DNA from: an uncultured delta proteobacterium
GTDB lineage: Bacteria > Myxococcota_A > Polyangia > Polyangiales > Polyangiaceae
Assembly (NCBI GenBank): GCA_963716725.1
Contig: CAVQUB010000002.1
Coordinates: 320,001 to 384,000 of the forward strand
Direction: 5' to 3'
DNA: 64,000 bases
The translations under genes were made by a program, and so were the position numbers. Shown one piece after another: positions 19,794 to 32,510 of the stretch. The first letter of the stretch is position 1, and every line of letters starts with the position of its first letter. Below the pieces are notes generated by a model. That model did not search any database. It was not told the origin of the DNA and saw nothing but the letters and a program-made list of their open reading frames with translations.

Positions 19794-21263
19794 TCAGTCG
19801 ACGCGATAGTAGATGATGTTGCCACCGGGGTTGGGCTGGAATGCGGCGGCGATGGCGGCTTCGGTGGCGCCCTCAGGCAGCGGGCTCGCCCCGGCTGCGG
19901 CCGCGCCCGCGCCTGCCGCGGCTGCGGCGGCCTCGACGGCGCTCATGGTGCCCGGCGCCGCGCCCGGCGGCGGGGCCCCGCGGAAATCCACCACCGCGTG
20001 GATCCTCACGCGCGTCTCGCGCTTGCCCGCCTTCACGTAGCCGGTGGAGTAAATGCTGAACACCAGGCTTTCGGTGGTGATCCCCTTGAGCGTCTCGGTG
20101 TCCGACAAGAGCTGGATGGGCTTCATCTCGAGGGCCGACAGCGCGGCGCCGAACATGCCCTTGCCCTTCAGCGCGCTGAGGAACGCCTTCGGTGTGCCGA
20201 AGAGGGGAGCGCCCGCCGTGAACGACTTGACCAGATCGAAGGCCGTCAGAAACTTCAGAGCTTCTGCCGGATCGCTGCAGAGTGGGGTCCCGGGCACCGC
20301 CGCGCCGCAGATCACGGCGAGCACGGTCTGCGGGTTCGCGGTGTTGACGTTGACCTTGCCCTGTCCCCAGACCGTCATCACACGTTTCTCGGGGCGGCTC
20401 GGATCCGGATCGACGAAGGTCGCCCAGAAGTCCTCGCCGACGCCTCGCACCAAACGCAGCTCCTCGATGCTGTCGAAGGCCGCGTTCTTCCGCGGGTAGG
20501 GCTTCTTGAGCAGCTGGTAGTAGGAGTCTTCGGCGCCGGCTTGCTGCGCCGACCCCGAGTGCGGGTCGCAGACGTAGGCTTCTTGGTCCGGATCCGTCCA
20601 GTCGATGATGGCCCCGCAGATGGCCTGACGATCCGAGAACTGCCCGTCGGCGTCTCGGCTGGAGAACATCGGATCGTATTGCGGGCCGGAGAGCAGACCA
20701 ATGAGCTGCGCCGCCAGGCGGGCTTGGCTGAACGCATCGCCGCGCGCCGGCGTGTTGATGTTGACCTTGGCGTCCTCGTCGACGATTCGGATCTCGAACC
20801 CCGCGCCGTCGAGCCCCAGGTTCTTGCCTTCGCTGATCGAGACGCCCGCGAGGCTCAGGAAGGACTCGTTGCCCTCGCTGTCGTTGAACGCACCGAGCAC
20901 CCGATCGGCGAACTCCCAGACGGGGATCTGCGGCGGGCCCTGCTTCATCAGCAAGAACAGCGGAGCGAGAGCCTTGCGAATGGTCGGCTCCGAAGCGATC
21001 AGGAGCCGCGACAGGTTGACGGAGCTCTTGGCCGCGTACTCCGCCTTCAACGCGTCACGCTGCGAGAGCGCGCTGCCGAGCTCGGCGCTGGTCTCGTCTT
21101 GGAACTCGGCCAGCATCACCGCCAAGATCGTCAGCGCCGAGAGCACCAGCACGATGGCGACACCGCGACGCGGCTGCCGCCGACGTGGCCGCCGCCCGCC
21201 GCGTCTGGGAGGGCATGGGTCGGCGGTGGCGCCCCGACGCAGCAATGTCAGCACTCGTTTCAT
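19794..21263 (-). CDS. gspK: Type II secretion minor pseudopilin GspK
   Basis: RRG|VAIVLVL prepilin-like site, DEDAKVNIN, IIDWTDPD, KNAAFDSIEELRLVRGV and KVNVNTA. ATG 21263 overlaps the gspJ stop. Confidence 0.9.
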   Translation of the reverse strand: MKRVLTLLRRGATADPCPPRRGGRRPRRRQPRRGVAIVLVLSALTILAVMLAEFQDETSAELGSALSQRDALKAEYAAKSSVNLSRLLIASEPTIRKALAPLFLLMKQGPPQIPVWEFADRVLGAFNDSEGNESFLSLAGVSISEGKNLGLDGAGFEIRIVDEDAKVNINTPARGDAFSQARLAAQLIGLLSGPQYDPMFSSRDADGQFSDRQAICGAIIDWTDPDQEAYVCDPHSGSAQQAGAEDSYYQLLKKPYPRKNAAFDSIEELRLVRGVGEDFWATFVDPDPSRPEKRVMTVWGQGKVNVNTANPQTVLAVICGAAVPGTPLCSDPAEALKFLTAFDLVKSFTAGAPLFGTPKAFLSALKGKGMFGAALSALEMKPIQLLSDTETLKGITTESLVFSIYSTGYVKAGKRETRVRIHAVVDFRGAPPPGAAPGTMSAVEAAAAAAGAGAAAAGASPLPEGATEAAIAAAFQPNPGGNIIYYRVD

Positions 21264-21976
21264 TGGGTCGCGTAGGTGAGGGCTCGTTGGATGGGGATGC
21301 CGATCTTGGCCGAGAACCGGATGGGCTCGCGACCGCGGCCTTCGCCAGCGCGTCGACCTTCGTTCAGGACCAAAATCACGCGGATCTGTAGGGGCAGCCG
21401 CCCGAGCTGTCCCGTGGCCTGGCTGGTGTCCCAGGTCTCGGACCATTGGCCCGTGAGCGGGTCCAGGTATTCGAGGTCGAAGAGATCGATGTCGGTGGCC
21501 AGCACCTCGACCCGCCCGCCGCGCTCGGGCTTGAGATCGGGCCGCCCGCTCACGCGGCGCACCAGGTGCGTGGTGCCCTGCTGCTTCTTGTCGCTCTCAC
21601 CAAAATAGGAGATCTCGGCCTGATCCGAGTCGTGCGCGTCGCGATCGCGCCGCACGTTGGAGAAAGAGGCGAAGTCCACCCGGTCGGCCGGCGTGCCGCG
21701 GGTACCGATGAAGGCGGTCTTCACCACCACGATGCTCTGGTCGATGGGAATGTGCGCGGAAACGTAGGCGCTCTGGAGCTCTCGGGTGATGCGTGCCATG
21801 GCCAGGCGGCCCTCGCGATAGCGGTCCCCCACCCGCTGAATGCCTTCACGGCTGCGCTTCATCCCCGCAAAGGCCGAGTAGATGAGCACCGAGATCATCG
21901 ACAACACGGCGATGGCGACCAGCAGCTCGATCAGCGTGAAGCCGCGGAGCAGCGTCGGAATTCTGCGCCGCCTCAC
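21260..21976 (-). CDS. gspJ: Type II secretion minor pseudopilin GspJ
   Basis: RG|FTLIELLVAIAV N-methylation motif and W..TWD...LP..IRV C-terminal motif. GTG 21976 overlaps the gspI stop. Confidence 0.88.
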   Translation of the reverse strand: MRRRRIPTLLRGFTLIELLVAIAVLSMISVLIYSAFAGMKRSREGIQRVGDRYREGRLAMARITRELQSAYVSAHIPIDQSIVVVKTAFIGTRGTPADRVDFASFSNVRRDRDAHDSDQAEISYFGESDKKQQGTTHLVRRVSGRPDLKPERGGRVEVLATDIDLFDLEYLDPLTGQWSETWDTSQATGQLGRLPLQIRVILVLNEGRRAGEGRGREPIRFSAKIGIPIQRALTYATQ

Positions 21977-22731
21977 CTGCTTCCTCCTCGCGTGCTGCCA
22001 CCCGTGGCGCTGCTGCCGCCGCCAACGCCCGTGGCGCCACCACCGACACCACCGAGCGCGTCGCCAATGGCGCCGAGCCCCGCCGCCGCATTGGGATCGA
22101 GGCCGCCCATCTGCGGATTGGTGATGTACTGCGTGACCGCAAGGTCTCGCTCGTTCGAGCCTTCTTTCCAGTGAACGGTGAGCGTGGTCTTGCGGATGCT
22201 GGCCTCGAGCATGGGCTTCAGATCGGGATAGACCATGCTCATCACCAGCGGGGCCATGCCCTGCACCCCGCCCGCCGCCGCGCCCGACGAGAGCAAGCTC
22301 GACAGACCGCCGATGCCGCCGTCCGCGCCGAGCACCCCCGAGCCGCCCGATTGCAGCGCGGCCAGGCCGCCGAAGGCGCCGAGGCCCCCGGGATCGTCGG
22401 TGCCGCCGTCCTCGGGGCTGTTCAGATCCTTCGGCGCCGGCAGCTCGACGACCTCGATCTTCCACGAGCAGCGAAAGCGGCTCTCGCTGTCGTCCTCGCA
22501 GCACGGGCCTTCGTCACTCTGATCGAGCAGCGAGAAGCCCTTCCGCTGGAGCTCGACCTCGACCTCTTCCATCTTGCAGCGCGCGAGGCCGGTCGCAATG
22601 CTCAAATTCTGTGCGCGTTGGGAGCTCGTGAACAAACCGGCCTGCGAGCTCAGGAGCACGGTCATGCCGAGCCCGAGGATGGCGATGGCCACCAGGACCT
22701 CGAGCAGGGTGAAGCCCCGACCCGCCCTCAT
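21973..22731 (-). CDS. gspI: Type II secretion minor pseudopilin GspI
   Basis: RG|FTLLEVLVAIAIL; lies between gspH and gspJ; Gly-rich insertions. Confidence 0.82.
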   Translation of the reverse strand: MRAGRGFTLLEVLVAIAILGLGMTVLLSSQAGLFTSSQRAQNLSIATGLARCKMEEVEVELQRKGFSLLDQSDEGPCCEDDSESRFRCSWKIEVVELPAPKDLNSPEDGGTDDPGGLGAFGGLAALQSGGSGVLGADGGIGGLSSLLSSGAAAGGVQGMAPLVMSMVYPDLKPMLEASIRKTTLTVHWKEGSNERDLAVTQYITNPQMGGLDPNAAAGLGAIGDALGGVGGGATGVGGGSSATGGSTRGGSR

Positions 22732-23417
22732 GGTTCTTCCTCGAGTTGCCCGAACTCGTCGTCGTTGCGCGAGCCCTCGATGGCCACGGCGCCGCGCTCG
22801 ATCTTGGCGCGCCCCGTGAGCGGGCTCACCACCACGCTGAGACCCTCCTTGTCGCCTTCCCGGACCACCTGAACCACGGCCCGCTCGGTGCCACCACCGG
22901 GCCAGAAGTAGAGGTAGGCGCGCCCGCTGGTCCGCGGGTCTTCGTCGTGATCGGTCTGGACCTGCTTGAACTTGACGCCCGCGCCCAGCGCGCGACCCTG
23001 CGCGGGGTCGTCACCGTCGAAGCCGAACTGCTTCACCGGCGCAAACTCGGGGCGCGGCGCCCGCGGTCCTTCGAGGATGCGCTCGGCCTCGGCCTTGGCC
23101 TCCTTCTCGACATCGGTGGCAGCTTCGGCGCCGCCGCCGGTGTTCTTCGCCTCTTTTTGGCGCAGCATCACGCCGCTGGTCTCTTCGAGCAGCACCCGGT
23201 GGTTGTCGATGTCGAAGGCCAAGCGCACCGGGCGGCCGGTGGTGTTCGCGCGAGTGATGCCCATGCGCACCGCGCTGGCGATCAGCGTCGCCGCTGCGCG
23301 CTGCCGGCTGGACGTCAGCATGCCGGAGCCGAAGATCACGCCGCCCGACATGATCGCGATCAGCGAGATGACGATCAGCGTCTCGACCAGAGTAAGACCA
23401 CGCCGACCCGACTTCAT
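22728..23417 (-). CDS. gspH: Type II secretion minor pseudopilin GspH/FimT-like
   Basis: RRG|LTLVETLIVI, GRPVRLAFD, YLYFWPGG and VSPLTGRAKI. Confidence 0.82.
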   Translation of the reverse strand: MKSGRRGLTLVETLIVISLIAIMSGGVIFGSGMLTSSRQRAAATLIASAVRMGITRANTTGRPVRLAFDIDNHRVLLEETSGVMLRQKEAKNTGGGAEAATDVEKEAKAEAERILEGPRAPRPEFAPVKQFGFDGDDPAQGRALGAGVKFKQVQTDHDEDPRTSGRAYLYFWPGGGTERAVVQVVREGDKEGLSVVVSPLTGRAKIERGAVAIEGSRNDDEFGQLEEEP

Positions 23418-23517
23418 CGAGCGCCCGACGGAGTCCTTCGCCGGGGCCACGGCCCCGATCCTGCAACGCTGGTCGCAGGTTGGCTGCGTTCGCCGGCGAA
23501 GGTCCATCAGCAAAGCT

Positions 23518-23952
23518 TCACTCTCCGCCGCCCTCGGTGGCTGCGGTGCCCTTGGGCACCCTGACGTCGTCCTTGGTGCCCTTCTTCTTGTCCGGACCGA
23601 TCGAGGCCACGGTCACGTCCCCGTCGTTGCAGGTGATCGCGTAGGGCTGCCCCCACGGGTCGTTGGTATTGGCCGCTGGATCGAGCTGTTTGTCCTGAAC
23701 GAGCTGGCTGATGGTCGGGCAGTTGGTCTCGTTGTTCGAGGCCTGCCAGCTCTGGGTGGCCTGACGGATCACCCGGGCGCCGGTCTCAGCGCTGGTGATC
23801 TGCGATTCCCGGAAGCGAGGGAGGGCGTAGAACGCCACACCGCCGGCCACCATGGCGATGATCGCCACGACGATCAGCACCTCGAGCAGCGTCACGCCAC
23901 GCACCACGCGTCGGCTTCGGAGTAGCGCCAGGACCTGCTTGTCGTTCATCAT
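23518..23952 (-). CDS. gspG: Type II secretion major pseudopilin GspG
   Basis: RG|VTLLEVLIVVAIIA, DPWGQPY and SIGPDKKKGTKDD (T2SSG C-terminal motifs). Confidence 0.88.
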   Translation of the reverse strand: MMNDKQVLALLRSRRVVRGVTLLEVLIVVAIIAMVAGGVAFYALPRFRESQITSAETGARVIRQATQSWQASNNETNCPTISQLVQDKQLDPAANTNDPWGQPYAITCNDGDVTVASIGPDKKKGTKDDVRVPKGTAATEGGGE

Positions 23953-23965
23953 GCAATCTCCTCTG

Positions 23966-24379
23966 TCAATCGATGCGATCGAGCCCGCCGGGCTTGCCGT
24001 CCGGTCCGTCGCTCATCAGCTGGTAGTCCGACCCCTCTCGCTTGCCCGGGCACACGAGCCGGAGCGGCCGGCCCCAGGCGTCCTTCGGCGGCTCCTCCTT
24101 CGCCGAGAAGCGCACGATGGCGCCCAGATCCGGTGGGCATCCGCCATCGTGCTCCGCCATGTACGCATCCATGGCCCGGCGGGCGTCGAGCAGGGTGGCT
24201 CGCGTCTGGCGCACCCCAGAGCGGTCGCGTTCGCGCACGCCGATCCAGACCACGACCCCCATCACCAGCAGCACGAACAACACTGGTCGCACCCGGGCGA
24301 GCCCCAACCGACGCACCAATCCGCCCTTGCCCTCCCAAGGGAAAAAGATGCGCGGTTCTCGGGGTCGTCTGCGACGCAT
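23966..24379 (-). CDS. GspG-like protein without a prepilin cleavage site
   Basis: Has PKDAWGRPL and YQLMSDGPDGKPGGLD (T2SSG motifs). The N-terminus is basic plus a TM helix, with no G|FxxxE. Confidence 0.7.
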   Translation of the reverse strand: MRRRRPREPRIFFPWEGKGGLVRRLGLARVRPVLFVLLVMGVVVWIGVRERDRSGVRQTRATLLDARRAMDAYMAEHDGGCPPDLGAIVRFSAKEEPPKDAWGRPLRLVCPGKREGSDYQLMSDGPDGKPGGLDRID

Positions 24380-24385
24380 GCTGCC

Positions 24386-25611
24386 TCATTGGACCAACTG
24401 GTTCATCTGCATCAGCGGCATCAAGATGGACATGGCAATGAACCCAACCACGGCGCCGAGCGCGAGGATCATCACGGGCTCCAGTAGACTGGTCAGAGCC
24501 GTGACCCGCGTCTCGACGTCGGACTCGTAAGCCCGGCTCACATTCTCGAGCATGGCCTCGAGCTGACCGGTGCGTTCCCCGACCGCGATCATGTGGATGA
24601 CCATTGGCGGGAATGCCCCGCTGCGCTTCAGCGGCTCGGCGATGCTCTCGCCCTCGCGGATCGAGCCGATGGCCTCGGTCACGACCCCCGCGAGCTTGGC
24701 GTTGCCCAGCACGTTGCGACCGATCTCCATGGCCTTGAGCAAGGGCACGCCGCTCGAGAGCAGAGTCGAGAGCGTGCGAGTGAACCGCGAGACCGCCACC
24801 AGCAGATTCAGCCGACCAAACACCGGCCAGCCAAGCTGCATCGTGTCCCAGCGCAAGCGGCCCTCCGGCGGGACCTCCAGCGCTGAAAGACCACCGTCGT
24901 AATGACCGCGAGCGTGATCAAGAGCCACCAGTAGTCGGCGAGCATGTCCGAGCTGAAGATGAGCAAGCGCGTGTTCCAAGGCAGCGTCTGCCCCAGGTTC
25001 TCGAAGATGCTCGTCACCTTTGGCACCACCGCCACCATCAAGAAACCGACCAACAAGCCGCCGATCAGCATCATCAGCACCGGGTAGGCCAGCGCCGAGG
25101 CCACCTTGCCCTTGAGGCGCGCCTGGCCCTCCATGAAGTCGGCCAAGCGCTCGAGCACGGCCTCGAGGGTGCCCGACGCTTCGCCGGCAGCCACCATGTT
25201 CACGTAGAGCGGCTGGAACACCTTCGGGTGCATGCCCAGGCTCTTGGCGAAGCTCGTGCCTTCGTTGAGGGTCTCGCGCACCGCCGACAGCACGCGCACC
25301 AGCTGTTCTTTCTCGACCTGCTCAGTGAGCGCAGAGATCGAGTCCACCAGCGGGACACCGGCGCGCACCAGGGTCGCCAGCTGTCGGGTCATGACGGCGA
25401 TGTCCGCGGTGCTGATCCGCCGAAAGAACGCCCACAGATCGATCTCGCGCTTTGACTTCTTCTTCTGCTCGCCTTCTTCGTTGGCGAGCGTGAGCATGAC
25501 GCCTTCTTTTCGCAAGAGCGCCCGCAGCGCCTTGGCGTTGTCGGCATCGCGATAGCCCTTGACCGCCTTGCCGGTCTCGATCTGGATGCCTCGGTATTCG
25601 AAGACTGCCAC
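24386..25611 (-). CDS. gspF: Type II secretion platform protein GspF; frameshift near 24872
   Basis: MAVFEYRG, TRQLATLVRAGVPL, AGEASGTLEAVLERLADF and ALAYP in ORF 24808-25611. FTRTLSTLLSSGVPLL and GERTGQLE...LEPVMI in ORF 24386-24979. One missing base joins them. Confidence 0.92.
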
Positions 25612-25618
25612 GTCGTCC

Positions 25619-27391
<1,773 letters not shown>

Positions 27392-27394
27392 GGC

Positions 27395-29926
27395 TCACTC
27401 CACGCGCTCGACGTTCACGCTGCGCGCGATGGGGTTGATGCGGATCGGCGAGTCGAGCCCGCCCCGCGGCGGGCTGATGGGCGGAGGCGTCGGATTGCCG
27501 CCGGGGTCGACCACTGGCGGCGTCGCCGGGCGCGGCTGACGCGGGCGCACGGGACGCGCAGGATTGACGGGCGGGGGCGCCGCAGGCGCAGCACCGCCCG
27601 CGCCGGGGCGGACCGAGTGCGGCAGATCGATGGGCTCGCTGCCCGTGTGCTCGAGCTTCCGGGGCCGAGTCTCGTCCTCCAGGCGCTGCTGCTCTTCCAC
27701 GGCAAAGTACGCCTGTCGGATCTCTTCGACCAGGCCGTTGGTCTTCGCGTAGTCGAGCGGCGGCTTCCAGTCCTGGCCACTGAAGACGAAGTAGCGGTCG
27801 ATGAACTCTTGCCGCTCCTGCATCTTGCGCTCGAAGATCTTGCGCAGGTCTTCTTGGCTGTGAATCACCGTGGGCGTGAGCACCAAGAGCAAATTCAGCT
27901 TCTCCTTGGTGACCTCCGAGTGGCGGAACAGGAAGCCAAGGACCGGCAGGTCACCCAGCACCGGGATCTTCTTCCGGCTCTTGCGCTCGGCTTCGCGCAT
28001 CAGGCCGCCGAGCACGATGGTCTGTTGGTCATCCACCTCGACCGTGGTCCGCGCCGTGCGCTTCGTGATCGGCACGACGCCCAGCGCGCCGACGGCGGAG
28101 CCTGCCTCGCTGATCTCCTCCTCGATTTCGAGACGCACCTGATTCGTCTCGTTCAAATGCGGCGTGACCTTGATCTTGATGCCAACGTCCTGTCGAGGTG
28201 CATTGAATCCGCCCGAGAGCATCGGCAAGTTCGCGAGAGCTCCCGCCGCTCCCGCCTGCCCGCCGGCGAGCGCAGCAAGGCTACCAAGACCGCCTCCGCC
28301 GCCCAGGTTGGTCTGGAGCGGAACGTTCTCGCCGACGCTGATCTCCGCCGCGGTGTTGTCGGTCGCCAAGATGTGGGGCGTGGCCAGCACGTTCGCGTCA
28401 CCGCTCGACGCCAACGCCTGGAGCACGACGCCGAAGGCTGGGATCGACAGTCCGGTCCCCAACAGGTTCGAGGTGCCGGCGAGCTCGGGGCCGCGGGCGC
28501 CCAGGGCCACGCCCTGCAAGAGGTCGGGGTTCGCCGGGAAGGTCAGTGAGTTCGAGGTCTCGAAGCCGCCGAGGAAGAGCGAGTCGCCGCCGCCCCCGAG
28601 ATCGGCCGCCGCGCCGCCGTGGAACGACACGCCCAGGTTGCTCGAGTGCTTCACCGAGACGTCCATGATCACGGCTTCGATGAAGACCTGGCGCCGGGCC
28701 CGATCGAGCTTGTTCACGACCAGGCGCATGGCGGAGAAATCGCGCCCCGACGAGGTCACCACCAGCGAATTCGTCGCCTTGTCCGCGATCACGCGCACCT
28801 CGCCCTCGAACATGCCCGCGGAGCCGCCCGGTTGACCCGGTTGGCGGCTCGCGCCTTGGAGCATCTGGGACAGCACGTTGGCCAGCTCCTCGGCCGTCGC
28901 GTGCTGGAGCGGCATCACGTGAACCTTGCCTTCGGCAGCGGGCTGCGTGTCGATGCGCTTCATCAGCTGGAGCAGCTTCTGGTAGCTGTCGTCGGTCCCC
29001 ACCACGATCAGCGAGTTGGTCGTGTCGTCGGCGACGACCTTGCTGAGGCCACCGCCACCGCCGGCGGCACCCTTGTCGAGCTCGAAGAGCTCGTTGATGC
29101 GCTTGGCCATGTCCGAGGCCGATCCGTAGTGAACGGGCTCGATCCACATGCGCGATCCGGCCCCACCAACGTCGATCTCCTCCAAGATGCGGATCATGCG
29201 GCGGATGTTGGTGCCCGTGTCCGTCATGATCAGCAGCTGACCGGGCCCGTACACCGAGATGTCGGCCTCCTTGCTCTTGAACTTGGACAGGAGCGCGTTG
29301 GCTTCGTCGGCCGGCACGTTCTTGAGGCGATACAAGCGCGTCACGTAGCGATCCGACGCCGGCACGGGCTCGCCCCGGGAGTAGACCGGGGTCGGTGCCG
29401 TGACCGAGCCGGCGCTGTCGATGATCTTGAGGAAACGTCCGTGGGGCACCACGGTCATGCCGTTCGCTTCCAGGATCGACAGGAACGCCTCGTAGGCCTC
29501 GGCGAGCGTCACGGCCTCTGGGGAGACCACGGTCGCCTTCACCTGGCGGACCTTCGGGCCGTAGATGAAGCGACGACCCGTCATGCCGCTGATGTGGTTC
29601 ACCAACTCGGCGAGATCCGCGTCTTGCAGGTTGAACTTCACCAGGTGCCCGCCCGGCTTGGGGCGATACGGGACGTCCGTCGCCTTGGCGATCTGCTCCA
29701 TGTTGGCCGGCAGCCCGCCCTTGGCGCCCGGCGGTTCCTTCTCGGCATTGCCCACCGGCGCCGCAGCCGGCTGACCCGGGGCCGGAATGGCCGGCGTGGC
29801 GCGGGGCGCGACCGGGGCGCCCGGCCTCCGCAGTGGCGGCGCTTGCTGAGCTTCAGCCCACGGGGTCGCGAACAGCGCCGAGAGCGCCCAGGCCCCGGCC
29901 ATCGATACTACCTTGCGCTTCATCAC
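27395..29926 (-). CDS. gspD: Type II secretion secretin GspD
   Basis: Signal peptide, N0-N3 domains (FNLQDADLAELV; D..TNSLIV), QVFIEAVIMDV, DVGIKIKVTPH and KIPVLGDLPVLGFLF. Confidence 0.96.
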   Translation of the reverse strand: MMKRKVVSMAGAWALSALFATPWAEAQQAPPLRRPGAPVAPRATPAIPAPGQPAAAPVGNAEKEPPGAKGGLPANMEQIAKATDVPYRPKPGGHLVKFNLQDADLAELVNHISGMTGRRFIYGPKVRQVKATVVSPEAVTLAEAYEAFLSILEANGMTVVPHGRFLKIIDSAGSVTAPTPVYSRGEPVPASDRYVTRLYRLKNVPADEANALLSKFKSKEADISVYGPGQLLIMTDTGTNIRRMIRILEEIDVGGAGSRMWIEPVHYGSASDMAKRINELFELDKGAAGGGGGLSKVVADDTTNSLIVVGTDDSYQKLLQLMKRIDTQPAAEGKVHVMPLQHATAEELANVLSQMLQGASRQPGQPGGSAGMFEGEVRVIADKATNSLVVTSSGRDFSAMRLVVNKLDRARRQVFIEAVIMDVSVKHSSNLGVSFHGGAAADLGGGGDSLFLGGFETSNSLTFPANPDLLQGVALGARGPELAGTSNLLGTGLSIPAFGVVLQALASSGDANVLATPHILATDNTAAEISVGENVPLQTNLGGGGGLGSLAALAGGQAGAAGALANLPMLSGGFNAPRQDVGIKIKVTPHLNETNQVRLEIEEEISEAGSAVGALGVVPITKRTARTTVEVDDQQTIVLGGLMREAERKSRKKIPVLGDLPVLGFLFRHSEVTKEKLNLLLVLTPTVIHSQEDLRKIFERKMQERQEFIDRYFVFSGQDWKPPLDYAKTNGLVEEIRQAYFAVEEQQRLEDETRPRKLEHTGSEPIDLPHSVRPGAGGAAPAAPPPVNPARPVRPRQPRPATPPVVDPGGNPTPPPISPPRGGLDSPIRINPIARSVNVERVE

Positions 29927-30900
29927 TTGATCCGAAAGTCGATGCTCATGGGTTTGCCGCGGCGATTGATCTTCACGTTCAGGTTGCTCGCGGTCCGAAG
30001 TCGGGCGTAGGCCTCGAGGGCTTTCTCGGGGCTGGCCATGTTGAAGCCGTTGATGGTCTCGAGCCGGTCACCAGTCTGGAAACCCAGCGTGCCGAGCAGC
30101 GTCTCGGGCCGGATCCCGAACAAGCGAATGCCGACGACCTTGCCGTTCTGTTGCTCTGGCACGATGCGAGCCGAGCGCATCAGCTCCGCCTGGTTCTCGA
30201 GGATTTTGTCGACGACCGAGCGGTCCACGTTGAACTCCGACTCGCTGACCTTCTGGATCTTGGAGGCGATGTCCGCCGGCACGCCCTTGGCTCCGCCTCT
30301 GGCCGGCGGCGCGTTGGGCGCCGGGGCGGCGACCGCCGGCTGGGGGGCTGGCTGCGCGGCGAAGAGCACGAGCTGACACACCGCTCCGCCGTTGCTGAGC
30401 CACACCGACGGGCTGTTCTCGCGGGGGTTGTAGCCGATGAACGAGACGTCGTGGGTGCCGACCTTGTCGCCCACGCGCCGAATGGTCGGGCGCGGCTCGC
30501 CGGGCCCTTGCAGCGCCGCGATGGACCAGGTCGGATCGTTCGACTCGGTGATGATGCTGACGCGAATGCCGTCACAGCGGCCAACCGCGAGCGGATCGCT
30601 GAGATCCGCTGCCGGCAAGGGCAACGAGCTGGTGTCGAGCTCCGTGGCGTTGAGCGGACCGGTCACCGAGTCGAAGGGGTTGCGCGAGAGGATGGGCTCG
30701 GCGCTGCGGGTCGCGACCGAGGTCTCGAAGGGGCGCGCGTTGGGCGCCGGCATCGGCGCCTGGGTCAAAGTCCGCTCGTCGGCGCCGAGCGAAGCCCCAA
30801 AGAGCTTCATGGCGCCGGACGCCTGGAAGTACGCCATGGCCGCCACCAGGGTCAGCACGACCACGGAGAAATACTTTTTGAGGAGGGCGTCGAATGCCAC
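29923..30900 (-). CDS. gspC: Type II secretion protein GspC with C-terminal PDZ domain
   Basis: N-terminal TM, ILSRNPF, and GIRLFGIRPETLLGTLGFQTGDRLETING (PDZ); first gene of the operon. Confidence 0.9.
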   Translation of the reverse strand: MAFDALLKKYFSVVVLTLVAAMAYFQASGAMKLFGASLGADERTLTQAPMPAPNARPFETSVATRSAEPILSRNPFDSVTGPLNATELDTSSLPLPAADLSDPLAVGRCDGIRVSIITESNDPTWSIAALQGPGEPRPTIRRVGDKVGTHDVSFIGYNPRENSPSVWLSNGGAVCQLVLFAAQPAPQPAVAAPAPNAPPARGGAKGVPADIASKIQKVSESEFNVDRSVVDKILENQAELMRSARIVPEQQNGKVVGIRLFGIRPETLLGTLGFQTGDRLETINGFNMASPEKALEAYARLRTASNLNVKINRRGKPMSIDFRIK

Positions 30901-30919
30901 GGCTGCCAGGACCGCTTAA

Positions 30920-30935
30920 AGCCAGAGGCGTGCCA
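30920..30935 (-). promoter_or_regulatory. Sigma-54 (-24/-12) promoter upstream of gspC
   Basis: Minus strand reads TGGCACG-CCTC-TGGCT against consensus TGGCACG-N4-TTGCW: correct GG-N10-GC spacing, one mismatch. It lies 20 nt upstream of the gspC start. Confidence 0.72.
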
Positions 30936-31040
30936 GGGTCAATGGATAAAGAAAGCTCGGGATTTCCTGGCGTTACGCAGCAACCAGGAGGGGTTTTTCT
31001 CGCCATCCTGGCAGGGCCAGGCCCTCACGCCTGCTCAGTG

Positions 31041-31053
31041 TGACAAGTTGTCA
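31041..31053. promoter_or_regulatory. Palindromic candidate enhancer (UAS) TGACAA-G-TTGTCA
   Basis: Perfect inverted repeat about 105-120 bp upstream of the -24 box, the usual distance for a bEBP site. Confidence 0.55.
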
Positions 31054-31059
31054 TCGGCT

Positions 31060-32449
<1,390 letters not shown>

Positions 32450-32461
32450 GTCATTCACGAC

Positions 32462-32510
32462 GCCAGATTGTCCCAGGACGGACTTGTTGTCAATCACCAG
32501 ACAAGCTGTC
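32462..32510. promoter_or_regulatory. Three GACA-N3-TGTC-like boxes at 19-bp period upstream of the regulator
   Basis: GCCAGATTGTC (32462), GACTTGTTGTC (32481) and GACAAGCTGTC (32500), all resembling the core GACAAGTTGTC at 31042. Confidence 0.5.
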
